A DNA stretch of 64,000 nt from Nitrospinaceae bacterium (GTDB lineage: Bacteria; Nitrospinota; Nitrospinia; Nitrospinales; Nitrospinaceae). Made by a program: the position numbers and the translations under genes. Under the pieces are notes generated by a model. That model was not told the origin of the DNA. It saw only the letters and a program-made list of their open reading frames with translations, and made no database searches. Position 1 is the stretch's first letter, and the number at the start of each line of letters is the position of its first letter. Of this stretch, positions 48,849 through 58,003 are shown piece by piece. Where the stretch lies: contig OZ245011.1 in the NCBI GenBank assembly GCA_965223665.1, positions 3,200,001 to 3,264,000 of the forward strand. Direction: 5' to 3'.

Positions 48849-48877
48849 TTGAGTTTTAATTTTCCTTTATCTATACT
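48849..48877 (+). promoter_or_regulatory. Sigma70-like promoter abutting the start codon
   Basis: TTGAGT-17nt-TATACT, then 6 nt, then ATG. Confidence 0.6.
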
Positions 48878-48883
48878 GTACTG

Positions 48884-50230
48884 ATGAAAACGAATAATAA
48901 TCGTGGTTTTTGGGCATCTCGTATTGGATTTATTTTGGCGGCTTCGGGGTCCGCCGTTGGATTAGGTAATATATGGAAATTCCCTTACATTACTGGGCAA
49001 AATGGAGGGGGTGCTTTTGTTTTAATTTATCTCCTATGTATTGCGGTCATTGGTTTACCCATTATGCTATCCGAATTTGTATTAGGACGAAAAACTAATC
49101 TAAATCCCGTGGGTGCTTTTAATGCGCTAAAACCAAATTCTCCTTGGGTGGGAATTGGTTTCATGGGAGTACTTTCTGGATTTCTCATTCTATCATTTTA
49201 TGGAGTTGTAGGGGGATGGACTCTTGCATATACAGTTAAATCACTCACCCATGCTATTGACCACTTTGGAAATCCACAAGAAGCGGGGACCTATTTTTCA
49301 AACTTTATTTCAAACACCAAAGAAATTGTAATTTATCATACGATTTTTATGATTTTATGCATGGGTATAGTGATACGCGGAGTTCACGGAGGAATAGAAC
49401 GGGCTTGTGATATTTTAATGCCCACCTTAGTAGTAATGCTTATATTGCTTATGATTCGATCCCTAACTTTACCCGGTGCTATGGAAGGGGTAGCGTTTTA
49501 TTTAGAACCAGATTTTAGCAAGCTTGATTCTCAGGTGGTATTAATGGCCATGGGTCAAGCATTCTTTTCGTTAAGTTTGGGAATGGGATGTATGATTACC
49601 TATGGTAGTTATCTATCCTCCAAAGAAAATTTAACCTCGTGCACTTTATATGTCGTAATTTTCGATACCATGATTGCTCTACTTGTGGGCATGGTGATAT
49701 TCCCGGCTGTTTTCGCTATGGGACTGGAACCGGAGGGAGGCCCTAGTTTAGTATTTAAAGTATTGCCTACAGTATTTTCAACCATGCCTTTTGGAACCGT
49801 GGTTTCTTTTGTTTTTTTTGCCTTGCTAGCGATTGCTGCAGTTACGTCGGCAATTTCACTTTTAGAAGCGGTAGCTTCATTTTTTATTGATCAACTCGGA
49901 TGGAATAGAAAAAAAGCCGTACTGGTTATGGGAACAGTAATCTATTTATTTGGCATTCCTTCTGGTCTCTCCTTTGGACTTTTATCTGAAAATAAAATAT
50001 TTGGAATGACCTTTTTTGATTTGGTGGATAATTTATCTTCCAACTATTTGCTTCCATTGGGTGGAATGTTTACCGCAATATTCGTGGGGTGGGTTTGGGG
50101 AACAAAAGAAGCTCATAAAGAAATTGAACGTCATGAAACTGTATTTAGATGGGCAGCGTATTGGGAGTTTGTTCTTAAGTATTTTACACCTTTGGCTGTT
50201 GCGGCGGTTTTTCTGGCTAAAGTTTTGTAA
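48884..50230 (+). CDS. Sodium-dependent transporter, SNF/NSS (LeuT-like) family
   Basis: GSAVGLGNIWKFPY, NGGGAF, GQAFFSLSLGMG, TYGSY. Confidence 0.95.
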   Translation: MKTNNNRGFWASRIGFILAASGSAVGLGNIWKFPYITGQNGGGAFVLIYLLCIAVIGLPIMLSEFVLGRKTNLNPVGAFNALKPNSPWVGIGFMGVLSGFLILSFYGVVGGWTLAYTVKSLTHAIDHFGNPQEAGTYFSNFISNTKEIVIYHTIFMILCMGIVIRGVHGGIERACDILMPTLVVMLILLMIRSLTLPGAMEGVAFYLEPDFSKLDSQVVLMAMGQAFFSLSLGMGCMITYGSYLSSKENLTSCTLYVVIFDTMIALLVGMVIFPAVFAMGLEPEGGPSLVFKVLPTVFSTMPFGTVVSFVFFALLAIAAVTSAISLLEAVASFFIDQLGWNRKKAVLVMGTVIYLFGIPSGLSFGLLSENKIFGMTFFDLVDNLSSNYLLPLGGMFTAIFVGWVWGTKEAHKEIERHETVFRWAAYWEFVLKYFTPLAVAAVFLAKVL

Positions 50231-50288
50231 TTTAAATGTTTCTTCGATTGAGCGAATTACTAAATTAAATTTTGGCAGGATAAGGAGT

Positions 50289-51071
50289 TTAGGAAAGTTT
50301 TCTTCTAATTATCTCTGGAACTGAGGAAACTTTAGATACAAATTGTATATATAAATCCCGAAACAAATTTGTTTTCGGCAATCCATGAGAGTATCCACTT
50401 TTTCTAGCCAGCTTGCAAGGTTGGCAAGTTTCACAGGGTTCGCCATTTTTTTTGGGGGTATGGCAAAACCAAGACAACTTCAAAATTTTAAAGAAGTTAT
50501 TTTTTTTTGAGATTTCTTCCATTTCAACTTTAGTAAGGTGGGCAATGGGAAAACGGAAATATTTAAATATGCTCATCTCTTCATAAGTTAAATTATCTTT
50601 TATTCGGCACTGATGGCCCTCTCCAATTATTTCATAGTAAAACCACTTATCAAAGGCAAGTGGTGGAACCGTTTTTTCAAAACATATTTCTAAATCATTA
50701 AATCCGTTTTGATCTGCATAACGAGCCAGCCAATCATATTGAGTCCCCAAACCCAGTTTGGATCTCATGGATTCATATTTTTGGGTAATAGTTGAATTGG
50801 GTTTTATTTCTTTTTTGTAACTTAATATTGTTGGTTGTAAAAGGGCCTTTGCCTTTTCAGGTAATTCTTCTCTTATTGAATTCATTGCTTTGAGTTCAAA
50901 CTCAGTGGATTTTCTGTTCTCGTCAACAATGTAATAGGGTTGTGTTTGTTTATTCTCTACAAGGAGAAGTTGTAAAAGGCGAAAAGTAGAATCAAAACCT
51001 CCTGTCCACATTAAATCAATAGACGACAAATTTTTATGAGGGTCTAATCTTTCTTTAAAAGGGGTTTCCAT
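50289..51071 (-). CDS. QueC-like PP-loop protein, paralog 2
   Basis: LMWTGGFDSTFRL; GTQYDWLARY; WFCHTP...PCETCQPC. Confidence 0.75.
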   Translation of the reverse strand: METPFKERLDPHKNLSSIDLMWTGGFDSTFRLLQLLLVENKQTQPYYIVDENRKSTEFELKAMNSIREELPEKAKALLQPTILSYKKEIKPNSTITQKYESMRSKLGLGTQYDWLARYADQNGFNDLEICFEKTVPPLAFDKWFYYEIIGEGHQCRIKDNLTYEEMSIFKYFRFPIAHLTKVEMEEISKKNNFFKILKLSWFCHTPKKNGEPCETCQPCKLARKSGYSHGLPKTNLFRDLYIQFVSKVSSVPEIIRRKLS

Positions 51072-51134
51072 AAAATAGGGATCAAATATTTTTTATTCTT
51101 TGAAGTATTAAGAAATAAATAAAATGAGAGATAC

Positions 51135-51944
51135 CTAGAAAAGTCGTGAGATTTTCTTTTGGATCCTTTGAAATATATGAGTCACTTTTGATGATACTTT
51201 AACCCATATGTCTCTAAAGTAATTGGTTTCAGGTAAACCATGCGTATGTCCACTTTTTCTGGCTAACAAACAAGGACGACATACTTCGCAAGGATCACCA
51301 TTTTTCTTAGGCGTATGGCAAAACCAAGTCTTTGTTAAAATTTCAAAAAAGTGGTGTTTTTTTGCCAATTCTTCCATATCTAATTTGGTAAGGTGTGCTA
51401 CAGGATAACGAAAGTATTTGAACATGACCATTTCATTTCTCGAGGGAGATTCTTTAATTCGGCGATCATGGCCTTCACCAAAAAACTCAGGATAAAGTAT
51501 TTTATCAAACTTGCTGGGTGCTAATTTTTTTTCATGGCAAATTTCTAAATCATTTAGACCTTCCTGTATTGCATAGCGTGAAAGCCAGTCGTATTGGCTA
51601 CCAAGACCACCTATTTGAGAATCAATCTTGCTAAAATTCTCGGTAATGAAACTATTGGGTGGGATCTTTTCTTTGTGTCCCCAAATAATCGGGAGTAGTT
51701 TTTTTTCTGTTTTTGGATATCTCCGGATTAACTCTTCTCTAATAGATTCCATGGCTTCGAGTTCGAAACCTGTAGAGGGTCGATCATTATCAATAATGTA
51801 ATAGGGTTGAACGGATTTTTTTTCTACCAAAATCAAAAATACTAACCGAAATGTAGAATCCCAACCTCCAGTCCATAATAAATTAATGGGAAATTCTTCC
51901 ACAGTATTCGTATTTTGATCTATTTTTTGGTTAGATGTCTTCAT
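51135..51944 (-). CDS. QueC-like PP-loop protein, paralog 3
   Basis: LLWTGGWDSTFRL; GSQYDWLSRY; WFCHTP...PCEVCRPC. Confidence 0.75.
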   Translation of the reverse strand: MKTSNQKIDQNTNTVEEFPINLLWTGGWDSTFRLVFLILVEKKSVQPYYIIDNDRPSTGFELEAMESIREELIRRYPKTEKKLLPIIWGHKEKIPPNSFITENFSKIDSQIGGLGSQYDWLSRYAIQEGLNDLEICHEKKLAPSKFDKILYPEFFGEGHDRRIKESPSRNEMVMFKYFRYPVAHLTKLDMEELAKKHHFFEILTKTWFCHTPKKNGDPCEVCRPCLLARKSGHTHGLPETNYFRDIWVKVSSKVTHIFQRIQKKISRLF

Positions 51945-52252
51945 AGTTGAAGTTCTATTTTAGCATCGAAACTGCAAATTGAAAATCTTTACTCCTCTAT
52001 TGGGAACATTTCCCTTGTTCTGTATGGGAGCTTTGGGCTGGGTGACTAATAAATCCTTTAAAATTAAGGGGTAAATGGAATGAAGGTAAGTGATTTGGGA
52101 AAATACTTCATTTGTTTCTATATCTAGCAAAACAACACCCTATAAGGCATTTTCCCAACTTGTGTTAAAATTCCGTATCACAATGAAACTCAAGAACATA
52201 ACCGGATTTCCTTTTAAAATATCTTTTAATATTTTTATGGTGGAGGAGTGGG

Positions 52253-52918
52253 ATGAGTAAAAAAGTAGGCGTTATTTTATCAGGGTGCGGCGTATATGAT
52301 GGATCAGAAATTCATGAAGCTGTAATTACTTTATTAGCTCTGGATCGTGCGGGGGTAGAGGCAATTTGTATGGCTCCAAATGTTGAGCAATTACATGTTA
52401 TTAATCACCTTTCCGGGGAGGAATCAAAAGGAGAAACCAGGAATGTTTTAGTGGAATCGGCACGGATTGCCCGAGGAAATATTAAGGATATTTCAGAAAT
52501 TAAAGCGGATGATTTGGATGCAATTATTATCCCAGGAGGTTTTGGAGCTGCAAAAAATCTGTGTGACTTTGCGGTCAAGGGAGAAAATTGTGATGTTCAC
52601 CCGGAGGTGAGGCGATTAGTTAATGAATTTCGAGAAAAACAAAAGCCCCAGGCAGCATTATGCATTGCTCCAACAATGATAGCCAAAATTTACGAAAATA
52701 GTGGGGTTCAACCAACTCTTACAATAGGAAATGATGAAGGCACGGGAGAAAAGATTGAGGTAATGGGTAGCAAGCATCAAACCGCGACTGTTGTTGAAGC
52801 GGTGGTAGATTCCCAAAATAAAATCGTGAGCACACCCGCCTATATGTTGGGGCAATCCATTTCAGAAGTAGCGAAAGGTATTGAAAAAAGCGTCGACGAA
52901 TTGATAAAGATGCTTTAG
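52253..52918 (+). CDS. elbB: Glyoxalase ElbB (ES1/DJ-1 family)
   Basis: LSGCGVYDGSEIHE, RNVLVESARIARG, PGGFGAAKNL, CIAP, STPAYM. Confidence 0.95.
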   Translation: MSKKVGVILSGCGVYDGSEIHEAVITLLALDRAGVEAICMAPNVEQLHVINHLSGEESKGETRNVLVESARIARGNIKDISEIKADDLDAIIIPGGFGAAKNLCDFAVKGENCDVHPEVRRLVNEFREKQKPQAALCIAPTMIAKIYENSGVQPTLTIGNDEGTGEKIEVMGSKHQTATVVEAVVDSQNKIVSTPAYMLGQSISEVAKGIEKSVDELIKML

Positions 52919-52941
52919 CCTATTAATAGTTATACAGGTTT

Positions 52942-52973
52942 CCGGAGGGTTAACTCCCTCCGGGCTTGATTTT
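52942..52973 (+). terminator. Probable intrinsic terminator after elbB
   Basis: CCGGAGGG-TTAACT-CCCTCCGG followed by a T-rich run. Confidence 0.7.
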
Positions 52974-53074
52974 CCCTAATTTCTTCTTAAAAAAAACCTT
53001 CAATTAACCATTTCTAAATCAGTTAAAGAATTTCTCCTGAAATACCGAATAAGTAAATATCTCAGGAAAATAAT

Positions 53075-54112
53075 ATGCATTCAAGAAATTTACACAGAAA
53101 AACTATTTTAATTACCGGGGGAGCAGGATTTATTGGTAGCAATTTTATTCGCCACATTCATGCTAAATACCCCAAATATAAAATCATTTTATTGGATGCT
53201 TTAACATATGCAGGAAACCTCGAAAATCTTCCTGAAAGTCTAAAAAAAGATACCGAATTTGAGTTTTATCAAGGGAATATTACTCATCGGGATACAGTTG
53301 TATCTCTTGTGAAAAGAAGTGATGTAGTCGTTCATTTTGCTGCTGAATCGCATGTAACGAAATCTATCTACAATAATCACATATTTTTTGAAACTGATGT
53401 TATTGGCACCCATGTGATTGCCGATGCCATTGCCAAACACCCGGTAGAGAGATTTATACATATCTCCTCTTCCGAGGTGTATGGCACCTCAATTAAGGAT
53501 CCTATGGATGAAGACCATCCTTTGAATCCAATGAGTCCCTACGCTGCGGCCAAAGCCGGAGCTGACAGATTAGTATATTCTTATATTCAAACCTATAAAT
53601 TACCCGCCATTATTGTTCGTCCTTTCAATAATTATGGTCCTTGTCAGCATCTTGAAAAAGCAATTCCAAACTTTATTATTAGCGCATTAAATAATAAGGA
53701 ATTGACCATTCACGGAACGGGTCAAAGTACACGGGATTGGATGTATGTTGGGGATACTTGTCTTGCTTTAGACAAAATTTTACATGCTGATCTGGACCTT
53801 ATAAAAGGGCATGCAATAAATTTAGGAACTGGAAAAGATACGAGCGTTCTTTCTATTGCACAAGAAATATTGGATATTTTAGGAAAACCAAGAAATCTGA
53901 TCCAATATGTGGATGATCGTCCCGGTCAGGTAAACCGCCATATCTCTTCAACTGCAAAATCTTATGCTTTATTGGGTTGGAAAAGTTCAACCTCTTTAAA
54001 AGAAGGTTTAAGAAAAACAATTCGATTTTATAGTGAAAACCAAAAGTGGTGGGAAAAAAACTTATGGATGAAAGAATCCTGGCACCCACAGACCGCTTCC
54101 GCAATAAAATGA
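53075..54112 (+). CDS. dTDP-glucose 4,6-dehydratase-like extended SDR (RmlB/RfbB family)
   Basis: TGGAGFIGSNF, LDALTYAGN, HFAAESHV, SSSEVYG, YAAAK, NNYGP, DRPGQ. Confidence 0.88.
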   Translation: MHSRNLHRKTILITGGAGFIGSNFIRHIHAKYPKYKIILLDALTYAGNLENLPESLKKDTEFEFYQGNITHRDTVVSLVKRSDVVVHFAAESHVTKSIYNNHIFFETDVIGTHVIADAIAKHPVERFIHISSSEVYGTSIKDPMDEDHPLNPMSPYAAAKAGADRLVYSYIQTYKLPAIIVRPFNNYGPCQHLEKAIPNFIISALNNKELTIHGTGQSTRDWMYVGDTCLALDKILHADLDLIKGHAINLGTGKDTSVLSIAQEILDILGKPRNLIQYVDDRPGQVNRHISSTAKSYALLGWKSSTSLKEGLRKTIRFYSENQKWWEKNLWMKESWHPQTASAIK

Positions 54113-54377
54113 TTTTCTTTTTTCACAAGAAATTGGAAACTGTAATTTCAATTTTGACCAAAATTCGCAATATTAGGTTTAGTGGTAAATTTACTACCTA
54201 AAAATCCAAAGAATCTGAATTTTAAATACTCACCTATATAAACAAATCAAATTAGTTCTTTAATTTAATCATTATTCTGTCGATAAAGTACGAGAGGGAA
54301 AACTTTTAAATTGAAATCCATTCTCAAATGATAAAGCCCCAGGAGATTGTTTAGAACCCGTTGAAATTGGCTTAATT

Positions 54378-55565
54378 ATGTGGACATTTAAAAATTTACA
54401 AAAGTGGTTGCCCAGGATTTATTCTTTAGCTCCCTATTATTTTGGATGGAAACATGCTTTACCTCCAGCTCATGTATTTTTCGAAGTGACCTATCGCTGT
54501 AATTTGCGTTGTCAAATGTGTCACTATTTAGAAATTATTGAGGACACCGAAACCAATCGAACTTTTAAGAATGAGTTGTCTGCTGAAAAAATAAAATCCA
54601 TTATTAAAGGATTACCCAAATATAGCCTTATCACCTTTACCGGGGGTGAGGCTTTTATGAAGTCAGAATTTTTGGATATTCTAGAGTTTACCGCTTCCCG
54701 ACATAAAGTTCATATAATCACCAATGGAACCATGTTGAATGAGAGGGTGGTTAATTTCCTAATTCAAAGAAGAGTAAAATCTTTTTTTGGACCTGGTATT
54801 TTTTATATTGGAGTATCTCTAGAAGGAGTAGAAAAACTTCATGATGAGATTACTCAGGTTCCCGGTTCTTTTGCTAAAACCAAACAAGGGTTGGAGCGGT
54901 TAACCACAGCCAGAGGAAACAATAAATTTCCTTTGACTCATTTAACATGTGTCATTGATAAAAAAAATGTGATGGAATTGGTTCCGCTTTATTGTTATGC
55001 AGAATCATTGGGAATCAATGTTTGTAACTTTGCTTTAAAAAATCCTGCAGAATATAACCACTACGAAAACTATAATGACGAAATTCATCTCCGTCAGCCA
55101 GCACCTCTTGTTGAAGAAATTGACCCCGAAATCCTCAGAAAGCAACTCGATCAGTTAATTGAAAATAGTCAGAAATTTAATTCAAGGCTTCGTTTTTCTC
55201 CAAACTTTATAACCGTTGAGGAAATCGTGAGGTATTACACGAATCAAAGTTATTATAAAGATTATCGTTGCTACATTCCCTGGTCAAAAGCAGCCGTATC
55301 GGCATATGGAGATGTATTCAGTTGTCCACATTATCCCATTGGGAAAGCTGGGGAAGGTGAAGATACTCTGTCTTGGGATTCCCAAAGAGTAAAAAAATTT
55401 CGCAAGATGCTTAAAGAAGAAAAAATTTTTCCTGGCTGTTTAGGATGTTGTCAGTCCGAATATATTGGACCCACGCAAAAGAAACAATTAACACCCATTT
55501 CAATTCCTGCGCAAGAATTTTCCTCGAATAAGTTTATTAAGGACGAGATGATAATTTGCAAATGA
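54378..55565 (+). CDS. Radical SAM protein with SPASM/twitch domain
   Basis: CNLRCQMC, TGGE, C-terminal CYIPW..GDVFSC..CLGCC. Confidence 0.9.
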   Translation: MWTFKNLQKWLPRIYSLAPYYFGWKHALPPAHVFFEVTYRCNLRCQMCHYLEIIEDTETNRTFKNELSAEKIKSIIKGLPKYSLITFTGGEAFMKSEFLDILEFTASRHKVHIITNGTMLNERVVNFLIQRRVKSFFGPGIFYIGVSLEGVEKLHDEITQVPGSFAKTKQGLERLTTARGNNKFPLTHLTCVIDKKNVMELVPLYCYAESLGINVCNFALKNPAEYNHYENYNDEIHLRQPAPLVEEIDPEILRKQLDQLIENSQKFNSRLRFSPNFITVEEIVRYYTNQSYYKDYRCYIPWSKAAVSAYGDVFSCPHYPIGKAGEGEDTLSWDSQRVKKFRKMLKEEKIFPGCLGCCQSEYIGPTQKKQLTPISIPAQEFSSNKFIKDEMIICK

Positions 55566-55590
55566 ATTGTTTTTATAGAGGAACTTTTTT

Positions 55591-57015
55591 ATGAAAATTT
55601 TATTGCTGCGGCCTTCTGCTGAAAAAAAATCCATGGCTCGTTGTTTGCCTTTAGGATTAATAGCAGTAGGTTCGACCTTAAAACGGGCCGGTTACCAAGT
55701 CAAGATCCTTGATTTGAGAATTTCGGAAAACTCAGAACAAGATTTAAAAAACACCTTGAGCACATTTGAGCCTGATGTAGTAGGGATAGGAGTGATGACC
55801 ATTGAAAGCAGATATGGTTTTATGGAAGCAGCTCGAGTAAAAGAATTAATGCCTAATGTCCATGTTGTGATGGGAGGTCCTCATTGCAAACATGATCCTC
55901 AATATATTCTTAATCATAAAGAAATTGACTCAATGGTTATTGGGGAAGCTGACTATACTATTGTTGATTTGGTTCGTGCTTTAGAAAATAAAACTGATTT
56001 AAATGAAGTGGATGGGATTGCTTTTCGCAAGGGTGAGGAAATTATTACTACCAAAGCACGACCCGTTATTAAAGATTTAGATCCTCTTACCCAAGAATAT
56101 GATCTTATGCATTTGGAAAACTATTTCAATTTTAAGTGTTCAATGGATTTCTTTCCAGTCTATCGTTATCGGCGGTTTATGCCCATCGTCACTTCTCGTG
56201 GATGCCCATTCAAATGTACGTACTGTCATGACATATTTGCAAAATCAATTCAATACCGATCACCCGAAGTAGTCGTAAATGAAATGGAGTATCTAAAAAA
56301 TAAATACGATGTGCAAGAATTTCATATTGTCGACGATACCTTTAATTTAAATATTAACCGTGCCAAAACAATCATGGACTTGATCATCAAGCGCAATCTT
56401 AATATTCACATGACATTTCCTAATGGGGTGCGTGCAGACTTTTTTGATGATGAGTTGATCGAAAAAATGTCTCAAGCGGGTGTTTATCGAATGGCTCTCG
56501 GAATTGAATCCGGTTCCCAACGAATTCAGGACATGATTAAAAAGGATTTAGACATTAGCATTCTACCGGGAGTGGTTGAAAAATTATCCAGGGCAAGAAT
56601 TAGCGTGCACGGATTATTTATGCTTGGTTTCCCGACTGAAACACGAGAAGAGATGGAGCGGACTATCAATTTTGCCTGTAGTTTAGGTTTGACCACAGCT
56701 AATTTTTCAATTGTGATTCCTAATCCAGGGACAGAATTGAGAGACGATTTTATTTATGAGCGAGAGTTGGCTAACGATGGTTTTTCAGATTATTCGTTTG
56801 ATAAGGCAGAGTGTAATGCCAGCAAAGTGAGCGACGAAGACTTAGTGGCTTTAAAACGAGAGGCCAATCGCCGGTTTTACTTTAGTGCAAGTCGGGCTCG
56901 CTATGTGCTAAGGGCAATGGAACCACAATGGATTATAAAATCGGCTATGAAAACTCCATTTGCTCTTTTATGGCGAAATGCAATATCTCCCACCAATTCT
57001 CCGGTAATGAGCTAA
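55591..57015 (+). CDS. Cobalamin-binding radical SAM protein (class B methyltransferase-like)
   Basis: N-terminal B12 domain PLGL..GGPH..GEAD; SRGCPFKCTYC; DDTF, GIESGS, FMLGFPTET. Confidence 0.92.
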   Translation: MKILLLRPSAEKKSMARCLPLGLIAVGSTLKRAGYQVKILDLRISENSEQDLKNTLSTFEPDVVGIGVMTIESRYGFMEAARVKELMPNVHVVMGGPHCKHDPQYILNHKEIDSMVIGEADYTIVDLVRALENKTDLNEVDGIAFRKGEEIITTKARPVIKDLDPLTQEYDLMHLENYFNFKCSMDFFPVYRYRRFMPIVTSRGCPFKCTYCHDIFAKSIQYRSPEVVVNEMEYLKNKYDVQEFHIVDDTFNLNINRAKTIMDLIIKRNLNIHMTFPNGVRADFFDDELIEKMSQAGVYRMALGIESGSQRIQDMIKKDLDISILPGVVEKLSRARISVHGLFMLGFPTETREEMERTINFACSLGLTTANFSIVIPNPGTELRDDFIYERELANDGFSDYSFDKAECNASKVSDEDLVALKREANRRFYFSASRARYVLRAMEPQWIIKSAMKTPFALLWRNAISPTNSPVMS

Positions 57016-57019
57016 GGTT

Positions 57020-58003
57020 ATGGAACAATCAAGAATCTATACGTTACCTATAAAAGAAAACTCTTTACCTGATGCAAATACTCAAGTAGATGTTTCTGTG
57101 GTGGTCCCAGTCTTCAATGAGGAGCCTTTATTGGAAGAACTCCATTTTCGAATTAATAATGTTTGCAAAGAACTTAATAAAAGTTTCGAAATTCTTGTTG
57201 TAGATGATGGAAGTGCAGACGGGTCTTTTGCAAAACTAAATCAAATAAAAGAAGGAAACCCACATTTAAGGATCATTCGTTTCACTAGAAATTTTGGTCA
57301 ACAAGCGGCCGTATTGGCTGCCTTTCGTCATTGTCGAGGCGATATTGTGGTACAGATTGATTCTGATCTGCAAAATCCCCCAGAAGAGATCCCCAAACTT
57401 TTAAATGCAATGACGGAGGGAGTCGATCTTGTTACCACTCGAGCTCGAAAACGAGGGGACGGTGTGTTTCGTTCATTCGGGTCCCGGTTTTTATTGTGGT
57501 TAGGACAAGTTGTCTCGGGAAATTCGTTTAAATTGAGTTTAAGTTCCTTTCGGGCAATGCGTAAAAGCGTGCTGGAAAAAATTGAAATGTGTAGTGACCG
57601 TTCACGGTATATGGCGGTTTTGATGAGTTGGATGGCAGTTCCTTCCGTTGAGATTGAGGTAGAGCATCATCCGCGATCTCAGGGGAAAACCAAGTATCGG
57701 TTTTTTACATTAGTAAAATTGGCTCTAGATTTAATTACAGGCTTTTCCAATATGCCCCTTAGGGTAGTTACCTACCTGGGGTTTTTTAGCTCGGTTTTAG
57801 GATTCATTCTCTCAGCATTTTTATTGTATCAACGATTATTTCAAGGGATTTTGGTAGATGGATTTGTGGTTTTATCCGCTGTATTTTCATTTTTTGCAGG
57901 AGTTCAATTGTTTTCAGTTGGAATTTTAGGTGAGTATCTTGGGCGAGTTTATTTACAGGTTCAAAATCGTCCTGATTACATTATTGATAAGGTGATCGAC
58001 TGA
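57020..58003 (+). CDS. GT2 polyprenol-phosphate glycosyltransferase (ArnC/GtrB/DPM1-like)
   Basis: SVVVPVFNEE, VDDGSAD, RNFGQQAA, DSDLQNPPE, two C-terminal TMs, GEYLGRVY..RP.Y. Confidence 0.92.
   Translation: MEQSRIYTLPIKENSLPDANTQVDVSVVVPVFNEEPLLEELHFRINNVCKELNKSFEILVVDDGSADGSFAKLNQIKEGNPHLRIIRFTRNFGQQAAVLAAFRHCRGDIVVQIDSDLQNPPEEIPKLLNAMTEGVDLVTTRARKRGDGVFRSFGSRFLLWLGQVVSGNSFKLSLSSFRAMRKSVLEKIEMCSDRSRYMAVLMSWMAVPSVEIEVEHHPRSQGKTKYRFFTLVKLALDLITGFSNMPLRVVTYLGFFSSVLGFILSAFLLYQRLFQGILVDGFVVLSAVFSFFAGVQLFSVGILGEYLGRVYLQVQNRPDYIIDKVID

Noticed and set aside
45971-51944. QueC-like genes as Qat, type IV CBASS or Dpd defence systems, or as true queC
   Set aside because: No partner genes (QatA/B/D, CD-NTase, TGT/DpdA, queD/E/F) and a divergent PP-loop, so no gene symbol was assigned
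55591-57015. B12 radical SAM as hopanoid methylase HpnP/HpnR because shc is in the window
   Set aside because: It is 15 kb from shc and embedded in a glycosyltransferase operon; motifs alone cannot assign it, and a phylogeny would be needed
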